Positions 7,827 through 14,829 of a stretch of DNA of 22,923 bases are shown piece by piece. Source of the DNA: a virus. The stretch lies in the IMG/VR virus record IMGVR_UViG_3300029922_000840; one strand, written 5' to 3'. Each line of letters starts with the position of its first letter. Within the stretch, counting starts at the first letter, position 1. Both the position numbers and the translations under genes were made by a program. The notes under the pieces are model-generated. The model had not been told where the DNA came from. It made no database searches and saw only the letters and a list, made by a program, of their open reading frames with translations.

Positions 7827-9710
7827 ATGCAAGTAATGGTTGGCAACAACTACGGTTCGTACTCATTTAACGCCACAACAGGTGTCATTACCCTGTCAGG
7901 GTTGCCGACTCCTTTAACTCAAGAGCAGGTGAAGCTGATTATTTGTGCAGCGACCAACACAATCATATTCAACCTAGCCGACCCAACTCAGACAGCCGTT
8001 GTCTCAGGGGGTAACACCATTGCCCTATCATATAACACAACTGGGATGGACGGTCGCCCGCTTCAAATTTTCTTAGAGGTACCGGGTACTGAAGCTCAGC
8101 AGGGACAGAGCAATGAAACCCCGTTGATGACTGTAATCGCGGGGCTGACGCAGGATGTAATCCCCCAGTACCAAGAGATTCCCCTTACATCAGGGGCGAC
8201 GGCGGTAGTAACAAGTGACGCCCACATAACGTCGTCAACGGCGCAAGCCGGGGGTGTTACTCCTTCCCAAACCTTACTGGCCATCGCAGGTCTTACCAAT
8301 GACCCCACCCCCCAATATCAAGAGATTCCTCTCGGGCCGGGTGGGAACGCCGTTCTTGTTAATGGCTCCGCTTTCACGCAGCCTATCAGTGGTCAGTATA
8401 ACGCCGTGCCCCCTACACTCGGGTCAGGCAGCGTGGGTGTTTTGCAGACTGATGTAAACGGTAACCTAAGAGTCGTCTCTGGTTCTATTGACGGGACAAT
8501 CCTAGATACGCAGTCATCTGTTACCTTAGGGGCGGGGGCAACCTACAACGTTGCCGGGTATGGTTTTCTATCCTTTCAATTCAACGGTGCGTGGTCAGGA
8601 AACATCAAGATTGAAGCTAGCAACGATGGTGTGACATGGACTCAGCAGTATGTTCAGTACCTCGGCACAGGGTGGGTCTCGGACGTAATCAACCTTCCGG
8701 GTGCCATCGTACAAGTCACTGCCGCCAGCATCTACATGCGGTACAACGTTATTAAGTTGAGCGGCACGGCCACCGTTACAGTTGTAGGAAACACTGGTGC
8801 CATATCAACCACCAGTCTGCTTGGTATGGCATTTGATGCAGCCTCGGGTGTCCAGCTCAACACCAATATCACTAACCTGAATAAGGACACCAGCAACGCT
8901 CTGATTTTGAGCGATGCCCCTGCTCCTATACCCATCTCTGGAGGTATCGGCTCTACTATCACCATAGATACTCAAGGGTACGAGTCTCTGAACATTACAA
9001 CTCAGGGTTTGGCTGGGGCTGTTACCACCTCGAATGATAAGGTCACTTGGTCAGCTCTGTCTGGCACTCCTCTAGTGTTGGGAACTCTTGTAACCTCCGT
9101 TGCGGCCAACACTGGGTATAGCTTCCCCTGTATCGCACGATTCATCCGCTTCGTACTTACCGCCGTAGGTTCCGCTACCGTGTTTCTTCGTAGCACCCCG
9201 TGGCAGAGTGCCTATACCACTACGGTTCCCACCAGCACTGCTAATAACAACTTGAGCCAGATTAACACCACTACAGTGGCATCGGCTGGGGTTGGTGGCA
9301 TACTCGCAGTGGGGGGTAACGTCGCCCCTGGTTCAGCTCAGACGGCGTACCCTCTGGTGGTAGGTGGGGTTGACCCTACAAGTGCCACTCGTCGTATCCA
9401 GACAGACGCCACAGGACGCATCAATGCCAACATGGTGACTACGGATGCTGCCTCCGTTCAAAGAGGCGTGGGCGTCATGCCCCCGGCCACCACCAGTCAG
9501 AACGTTGCACCATTGGCAGTACAGGAGTTAACCCAATTTGAAGGGCAGTCCTTCGTTGAACTTCTTGGTCAGATTCTTACCGAACTGAGAATTTCCAACC
9601 ATTACAACTTCAACCTGCCGAGTTTGCTGACTACCGGAACTATTAATAGCACGGGCGACGAACCAGCAGCTCTTCGTAATGACCCGAATATTTCTACATT
9701 GTTTGGCTAA
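7827..9710 (+). CDS. Putative tail fiber / structural (receptor-binding-like) protein, 627 aa, Thr/Ser/Gly/Val-rich.
   Basis: SD TAGGAG 8 nt before the ATG, directly downstream of the fiber gene. An internal duplicated motif (VIAGLTQDVIPQYQEIPLTSGA / AIAGLTNDPTPQYQEIPLGPGG) sits at ~8115-8350. The composition is typical of beta-rich fiber proteins. No enzyme motif. Confidence 0.55.
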   Translation: MQVMVGNNYGSYSFNATTGVITLSGLPTPLTQEQVKLIICAATNTIIFNLADPTQTAVVSGGNTIALSYNTTGMDGRPLQIFLEVPGTEAQQGQSNETPLMTVIAGLTQDVIPQYQEIPLTSGATAVVTSDAHITSSTAQAGGVTPSQTLLAIAGLTNDPTPQYQEIPLGPGGNAVLVNGSAFTQPISGQYNAVPPTLGSGSVGVLQTDVNGNLRVVSGSIDGTILDTQSSVTLGAGATYNVAGYGFLSFQFNGAWSGNIKIEASNDGVTWTQQYVQYLGTGWVSDVINLPGAIVQVTAASIYMRYNVIKLSGTATVTVVGNTGAISTTSLLGMAFDAASGVQLNTNITNLNKDTSNALILSDAPAPIPISGGIGSTITIDTQGYESLNITTQGLAGAVTTSNDKVTWSALSGTPLVLGTLVTSVAANTGYSFPCIARFIRFVLTAVGSATVFLRSTPWQSAYTTTVPTSTANNNLSQINTTTVASAGVGGILAVGGNVAPGSAQTAYPLVVGGVDPTSATRRIQTDATGRINANMVTTDAASVQRGVGVMPPATTSQNVAPLAVQELTQFEGQSFVELLGQILTELRISNHYNFNLPSLLTTGTINSTGDEPAALRNDPNISTLFG

Positions 9711-9725
9711 TAAAGGAGATTTTCC

Positions 9726-10439
9726 ATGCAGATTCAGACTCAGGTTGGCCCCATCGCAACCACACAATCTATCGCTCCCGGCTCTATTGCCGCCGTGCGT
9801 TCGGGTAACCTTGGCGATACTATCGTTTCCGAGTTGCACGGAAGATTCTACGAACAGGCATATCGTCTCAACCTGTATTCCGCAGGTATGACGACCCTTA
9901 CCTCAATTTCCAACGCCACCTTCACCACGGCTACTGGCATGTCCGCTACCCTTGGTACCGCAGCTACTGGAACCCCGGTCATCGGCATTTGGAACCCGTC
10001 CACCTCCACCATCAATGCGGTCATCCTTCAAGCCACTCTCAACGTCACCCTCACCGCCCTCACCGCGACTGGTGCAGGTGGATTTGTTTGGGGTGTGTTT
10101 GCTGGTAACGGTGCCCTCACCTTAGGCAACGCTCCCATCAACCGCAAGACTTTGACGGCTGGTGGCTCACAGTGCAAGAACCTGTCTGGCCTAGCTCTTA
10201 CGGGTTTGACCAACGTCGGTGTTGTCGTTGCCGCATCTACCCTCAACGGGGGGCCTATCTACAACGTCTCCGAAGTGGGCACGGCTGCTGGTTTCCACAC
10301 GGTAGCTTTGACCTCAGTTGAGAACCTTGACGGCTCAATCATCCTGCCCCCGGGCGGTGTGCTTGCTCTCTTTGCGACGACCACCCCGGTGGCCTTGTCC
10401 GCAGTCGGCTCCCTGCTCTGGGAAGAAGTACCTGTGTAA
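9726..10439 (+). CDS. Structural / tail-fiber-associated protein, 237 aa, possibly a distal fiber component or assembly protein.
   Basis: SD AAGGAG. Thr/Ala/Gly-rich. It is the last gene of the plus-strand fiber operon, followed by a terminator. Confidence 0.45.
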   Translation: MQIQTQVGPIATTQSIAPGSIAAVRSGNLGDTIVSELHGRFYEQAYRLNLYSAGMTTLTSISNATFTTATGMSATLGTAATGTPVIGIWNPSTSTINAVILQATLNVTLTALTATGAGGFVWGVFAGNGALTLGNAPINRKTLTAGGSQCKNLSGLALTGLTNVGVVVAASTLNGGPIYNVSEVGTAAGFHTVALTSVENLDGSIILPPGGVLALFATTTPVALSAVGSLLWEEVPV

Positions 10440-10456
10440 CCTCCGCACCGCAACAA

Positions 10457-10483
10457 AAAGCCCCCAGAGATGGGGGCTTTTTC
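10457..10483. terminator. Bidirectional rho-independent terminator between the convergent fiber operons.
   Basis: AAAAAGCCCCCAGAGATGGGGGCTTTTT. A 7-bp GC stem with a 4-nt loop, an A-run upstream and a T-run downstream, so it can act on both strands. Confidence 0.8.
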
Positions 10484-10582
10484 AGCTCTTGATGCTGCCA
10501 GACTTATGTCGCCTCACGAGAACGGTATCTTCGCCTTCGAAACGCCAGCAGAACGGTATCACAATGTCCTCACCAGCAGGTT

Positions 10583-11110
10583 TTAGGTGCAGGTGCAGGT
10601 GGTGACATACTTCGCTCCACCAAGCGTGTAGTAGACAGTGATTTGGTAATCGCCCAAATAGGCTGTGTAAGAAGCTAATGAGGCAGTGTTTGTGATGTCA
10701 GTGTACACATATAACCCGAACCCCGAGTTATTAATGTCGCTGTACAGCCATGTGGTGCCCCACAAGCTGGTGCTTGTGCCCACCGTGTCGGTGCTCTGTG
10801 TTGCAGTCCAACTCGTTGACCCAGTTGTTAACGTTGCAGGTACGCTAGTCCCCGCCTTCATCAAGTAAACACTTACCTGATTCACCGTGAGATAGGAGAT
10901 GTTCTGGATTCTGCGCTGGTAGCTGGCGACGATACCGTTGATGGTTGCACCTGCGGGGATGGCGAACCCGAATCCCGACCCTTGCAGCGTGGCGATAGTC
11001 TCATTACCATGGGTTATGGACTGAGAAGCCAGTGTGGTGTTCGCCACGTTGTTGGGGTTAGTCCAACTCGATCCAATTCCTGATGTTGCTGTAAGCCCTG
11101 AGCTTGGCAT
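10583..11110 (-). CDS. Small fiber-associated structural protein, 175 aa, translationally coupled to the upstream fiber gene.
   Basis: The start overlaps the stop of the 570-aa fiber gene (TAATG overlap at 11108-11112). Ser/Thr/Gly-rich. The C-terminus is encoded by ACCTGC repeats (CTCT). Confidence 0.5.
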   Translation of the reverse strand: MPSSGLTATSGIGSSWTNPNNVANTTLASQSITHGNETIATLQGSGFGFAIPAGATINGIVASYQRRIQNISYLTVNQVSVYLMKAGTSVPATLTTGSTSWTATQSTDTVGTSTSLWGTTWLYSDINNSGFGLYVYTDITNTASLASYTAYLGDYQITVYYTLGGAKYVTTCTCT

Positions 11111-12822
11111 TAGCGCACCCCGTAGAGGCTGAGAGCAGCACCAGCAGCAGTGGTATCAGCAGATGAAGGAGCGGTCATGGTTAGCACATCGCCAACTGCA
11201 AAGCTCACAGGTGAACTGATGGTGAAGGTTCCCGTTGTTCCTGAGGCTGCTACTGCGATGGTTCCGAAGCTCGTGCCATTCTTTAGGAGCGTGAATGTGC
11301 AGGAGCCAGTAGCTGCTGTCATCAACGTGAAGTATTGGTTCGTGGTGCCGGATGCGATGGTGTACGCGATGCTGGCTTTGTTGTAATACAAGACCTGCGA
11401 TGCAGTGAAGATGCCCGTAGCGAAGCAGGACTTTTCAACTGGCTGCTGTCCAACCGTGGTGATGGTTCCTGAAGCCAGAGATAAGCCAGCACCTACTGTG
11501 GTGATAGCTGCGAGGGCGACACCGTTTATCTGGTGTGCCGTTGTGGCGTTGATGGTGGGTGCGGTAACCGTACCAGTGAACGTTGGGGATGCAAGAGGAG
11601 CCCTGCTCGTATCCGATGGGTGAATGTGTCCAGCGTCTGCCCACTTACCGACTGAGCCAATCGTGGCTGTACCATCCATAACCGGGGTCGTGGTGGCCAC
11701 GACGGGGACGGTAGGGGTACCTGTCACTTGACCATAAGGTAGTGATAGTACAGAGAGGGTAGTCAGGGTGCTGTTGGTGGTGGCGGTAACATTAGCCGAG
11801 GTACCCGTGGTGTTAGCCGCATTGCTTGGAATATCCCCTGACAATAATGTTGGGAGTTGAGCATGGGGTAATGTACCCGACACCTGTGCAATAGGTAGTG
11901 TGAATGTACCGATGTCACTGAGATCAGTGGTAGCCAACTGTGCGGCGGTGAATACTCCAGTGGATGAGTTATAAGAGTTAAGACACGTATGCGCCACGGA
12001 AGCAAACGTAGTAGCCAACGTGGTCGTGTTGGGTAATGCACTTACCATGACAGCGGTGATACCGCTGACCGTGCCTGTGAACGTGGGGCTGGCTTTGGGG
12101 GCTAGAAGAGCTTCAGCAGCTTCCGCTCTGGTTGTCTCCGTACTCGCAGCACCAGCAGCATCAAATGCGCTGGATGGTTGGAAAGCGGCCGACCCCAATC
12201 CTGACGTGGCGATAGTGACTGCATCACCGCTCGTGGTCAGGGCAATATTGCTTCCCGGAACTAAGTTGATGACACCAGAGGCCGGAGTGACCACCACACC
12301 ATTGTTTTGAATTGTGGTGATGGGTACGCTGGGAATGGTCGGCGTCCCGCTCAGGTTAGCGTAAGGAATCGTTGGGAGCTGGGCTACTGGGAGTGTGCCA
12401 GTTGTTATATCGCTTGCACTGACGGTAACGTTGGCTGAGAGAGCGTGACCGTTCACAGTGGTGGTCTTTGCGACTAGGAGACCCTCTGCCGTGGTTGCTC
12501 TTGTTACTTCTGAGGTGAGATTGGTCTGTACCGTTGCGGCGGAGCCAGCAGCGTCAAAGGCCGTGATGTTCTGGGCGGCGGCGGTGCCAAGGGTTGGCTT
12601 GTTGTTGAGGTCGTTGTACGAGCCCGACGTTGCCACGGTTGCAAGGCTAGACCCCCCACCGCCACCAACCGAAATGTCGAGTTTACCGTCAGACCCAAGA
12701 AGGGGTACCTTCCCGGCATCGGCTGAACCTTGAGAAATGGTGACCGCACCCACGAGTCCCTCAGTTAAGGGGCCTTGTGGATTCGGTTGTAGGAGTTTAA
12801 GAATTTTGAAGTCGTCGGCCAT
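11110..12822 (-). CDS. Second tail fiber protein, 570 aa, built from the same module family as the plus-strand fiber but with different N- and C-termini.
   Basis: It shares SGSYNDLNNKPTLGTAAAQN...TVQTNLTSEVTRATTAEGLLVAKTTTVNGHALSANVTVSASD.TTGTLPVAQLPTIPY...IQNNGV, TLPHAQLPTLLSGDIPS and GKWADAGHIHPSDTSR with ORF 4107-7796. The DNA is ~70% identical apart from the two perfect IRs. Confidence 0.8.
   Translation of the reverse strand: MADDFKILKLLQPNPQGPLTEGLVGAVTISQGSADAGKVPLLGSDGKLDISVGGGGGSSLATVATSGSYNDLNNKPTLGTAAAQNITAFDAAGSAATVQTNLTSEVTRATTAEGLLVAKTTTVNGHALSANVTVSASDITTGTLPVAQLPTIPYANLSGTPTIPSVPITTIQNNGVVVTPASGVINLVPGSNIALTTSGDAVTIATSGLGSAAFQPSSAFDAAGAASTETTRAEAAEALLAPKASPTFTGTVSGITAVMVSALPNTTTLATTFASVAHTCLNSYNSSTGVFTAAQLATTDLSDIGTFTLPIAQVSGTLPHAQLPTLLSGDIPSNAANTTGTSANVTATTNSTLTTLSVLSLPYGQVTGTPTVPVVATTTPVMDGTATIGSVGKWADAGHIHPSDTSRAPLASPTFTGTVTAPTINATTAHQINGVALAAITTVGAGLSLASGTITTVGQQPVEKSCFATGIFTASQVLYYNKASIAYTIASGTTNQYFTLMTAATGSCTFTLLKNGTSFGTIAVAASGTTGTFTISSPVSFAVGDVLTMTAPSSADTTAAGAALSLYGVR
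11617..11643. repeat. Arm 2 of IR-B, the 27-bp perfect inverted repeat of 7491-7517.
   Basis: See IR-B arm 1. Confidence 0.8.
12592..12638. repeat. Arm 2 of IR-A, the 47-bp perfect inverted repeat of 4765-4811.
   Basis: See IR-A arm 1. Confidence 0.8.
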
Positions 12823-13127
12823 TGTACCCTCAATTAAGAGGGTGATAGCCTTATTTTTTAGGACTTATCCGGCCTTACTCATCGCCAGCATAGGAGACGA
12901 TGTCACCGGGCTGAAAGTCGAAGCCCATGACTCCTGGGTGACGTTGCCCGATCCTCCCGGACACAAACCGGGCGACGACGAGGTCTCTGACGGATGAGAG
13001 CGAGCTGGTGAGGCACAACAGGAGAACCCTCCCCTCCTCCGGTGGTACTGTTGCTGGTGTCCACTGTTTCATCGTATTTTTCCATGGGGGGCGTCTTTGA
13101 CTTTGACAGCTACATTTGCCACGCCCA

Positions 13128-13715
13128 TCAGTACGTACCCCAGTAGGTTCTACCCGGCAAGTAAGGTGCCCATGCGGAGTCGAACTCACAGTTGGAGGGC
13201 GCGGCGGCGAACAGAGGGGCGACAACCTCAGCCTTCCACCCGGCCAAGCCGCAGCCAATCTGCGTCATCTGATAGGTCTTCTCTGGGTGCCGCTTTGCCC
13301 ACATGATGAAGCAGTCGATGTAGAAGCGGAGGGTTTCCAGAGCGATTTCGTACCCCGGTGAGTTGGCGGGTTTCGCACAGGTCGGGATGGCGAAGGTGTT
13401 CCCTTGAGGGCCGAACCCCTGATTCATCCTCGCGCCGTGAGTTACACGGGCGACCTTGGCAGCTCCGCCACCGTGGATACCCAGTTCATTGCTTCCGAAG
13501 ACGAACACCTTAGGCTCGGGTACCACTATGTCCATGGCGTTAAGGGCGTCATCCCATGCTTGAACTTCACAAGCAGCTACTCCCGGAATGCCCCACACCC
13601 AACCGAGGGAGTTCCCAGCTTCATCCAGAATTACCAGCCGGGAACCGGGGCTCAGGGTTTCGGCGTACAGGTAAGCACTCGGAACCGCCTCCAAAACTTT
13701 GGTTTTGCTGTCCAT
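13128..13715 (-). CDS. Hypothetical protein, ~195 aa from ATG 13715, with a Rossmann-like glycine-rich motif (KVFVFGSNELGIHGGGAAKVA ... GFGPQGNTFAIPT).
   Basis: Good SD TAGGAGACGAGAG-ATG at 13715; the track ORF extends further 5' to 13805 without an SD. The motif suggests a nucleotide-binding SLOG/DprA-like fold, but I cannot name the family confidently. Confidence 0.45.
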   Translation of the reverse strand: MDSKTKVLEAVPSAYLYAETLSPGSRLVILDEAGNSLGWVWGIPGVAACEVQAWDDALNAMDIVVPEPKVFVFGSNELGIHGGGAAKVARVTHGARMNQGFGPQGNTFAIPTCAKPANSPGYEIALETLRFYIDCFIMWAKRHPEKTYQMTQIGCGLAGWKAEVVAPLFAAAPSNCEFDSAWAPYLPGRTYWGTY

Positions 13716-13725
13716 CTCTCGTCTC

Positions 13726-14451
13726 CTAAAAGGGCACCACGTCATGCGGATTGAAGCCACGGGCAGCGGTAGCAGCCGCACGGTCTGTGGCGGCTTGAGC
13801 CTCACGCTTGGCCTTCTCGTCGGCGTACTGACGGGCGGCTATGATGCGTGCAGCAGCCTGTTCAGCCTTCTTGGCTATATCGGCGGTGAACTGGTCGCAG
13901 ATACGGGTGTAGTCGGCAGTCGCACGGGTGTAAAACTTGGCGTAGCTGACTTGATTTTTGTACTCAGGGACGCCCTTCTTAATGGACTCACCCATTACCC
14001 ACAGTTCGCGGGGGAGCCACATCGCCCAAGTGTTAGCGGCACGCCAGTCTTCAATCAGCTTGGTGGCACGGGCAACAGCCGCCTCGTAAGCGGGACGGGC
14101 TTCATTGGCTTCAGCGGTGCGCTTGGCAGTGTTCTGGGCAATCTTCTCGTCAGCCAGACGCCGCTCCAGCTTATCCACCGCAGCTTGCAGCTTGGCGAAC
14201 AGCTCGGGATTGTAGCTCTGGAAGTGATTGATGCATTCAGAGCCCACAGGGGCGGACTCTCCGGTCTCGGGATTGTAGATGAGGAATACGTAACGGATGG
14301 GGTGGTCGCAAGTGCATTTTCCAGAAGGACGACCAAGGTCAATGCACTCACCACGATACTCATACTTTGAAGGGTCACCCAGACGCTGGACAAACTTGGC
14401 TACGATGCCGAGGAAAGATAAAGTATTCCCAAGTTTGCTCGTGTCTGCCAT
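13726..14451 (-). CDS. Hypothetical protein, 241 aa, with a Cys/His cluster (C..CxCxH...C..H) and a long Ala/Lys/Glu-rich helical C-terminal half.
   Basis: Strong SD GGAGGG. It sits 20 nt downstream of conserved promoter copy 2. Confidence 0.5.
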   Translation of the reverse strand: MADTSKLGNTLSFLGIVAKFVQRLGDPSKYEYRGECIDLGRPSGKCTCDHPIRYVFLIYNPETGESAPVGSECINHFQSYNPELFAKLQAAVDKLERRLADEKIAQNTAKRTAEANEARPAYEAAVARATKLIEDWRAANTWAMWLPRELWVMGESIKKGVPEYKNQVSYAKFYTRATADYTRICDQFTADIAKKAEQAAARIIAARQYADEKAKREAQAATDRAAATAARGFNPHDVVPF

Positions 14452-14471
14452 TAGTGTTTCCCTCCATTTAC

Positions 14472-14500
14472 AGTATACCGGGACTCACCGGGTTTGTCTA
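14472..14500 (-). promoter_or_regulatory. Copy 2 of the conserved promoter motif (TAGACA-N17-TATACT).
   Basis: Plus text AGTATACCGGGACTCACCGGGTTTGTCTA. The reverse complement gives TAGACA AACCCGGTGAGTCCCGG TATACT, followed by GTAAATGGAGGGAAACACTA-ATG. Confidence 0.55.
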
Positions 14501-14535
14501 ACATTAATTTTCAAACGCGGAGCAATGAACGCCAT

Positions 14536-14772
14536 TTATGAGTCATTGTATTTTTTCCAGAGGACAACCTTGAGTTTGCCATCATATGACCATACATCAA
14601 GAAAAAAGAAAAACGCACCGAAAAGGCTAAGGACAGGGATGAGAGATAGGAAAACAAACCGGAGAGCGTCAGCCAAAGTCACATCCCTGCCATACCGGCC
14701 ATACCGCCATGCTTTCTGATACAAATAAAATGCGATCACCGCTTCCAAAAGCCACCACCAAAATATCGCCAT
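14536..14772 (-). CDS. Small membrane protein, 78 aa, with two predicted TM helices.
   Basis: Hydrophobic segments IFWWWLLEAVIAFYLY and FVFLSLIPVLSLFGAFFFFL. SD AGGAGA. It sits directly after the terminator of the MVP-like gene. Confidence 0.5.
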   Translation of the reverse strand: MAIFWWWLLEAVIAFYLYQKAWRYGRYGRDVTLADALRFVFLSLIPVLSLFGAFFFFLDVWSYDGKLKVVLWKKYNDS

Positions 14773-14780
14773 ACTTCTCC

Positions 14781-14809
14781 TAGAAAAAGCCGGGGAGGTT
14801 AATCCCCGG
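14781..14809 (-). terminator. Rho-independent terminator downstream of the MVP-like gene.
   Basis: The minus strand reads GCCGGGGA-TTAACC-TCCCCGGC-TTTTTCT, an 8-bp GC-rich stem with a 6-nt loop and a T-run. The SD of the next gene follows immediately, so partial read-through is plausible. Confidence 0.75.
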
Positions 14810-14829
14810 CTCGAAGTGTTCAGACGTTA

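Noticed and set aside
10519-10558. 10-bp direct repeat GAACGGTATC x2 spaced 30 nt.
   Set aside because: Lies inside the 3' end of ORF 10583-11110 region or its flank with no partner elements. Consistent with chance.
12875-13258. 127-aa and 60-aa minus-strand ORFs in the 12823-13127 intergenic region.
   Set aside because: Arg/Pro-rich product, no SD, and overlap with the 195-aa gene end. More likely the GC-rich leader of the minus-strand fiber operon.
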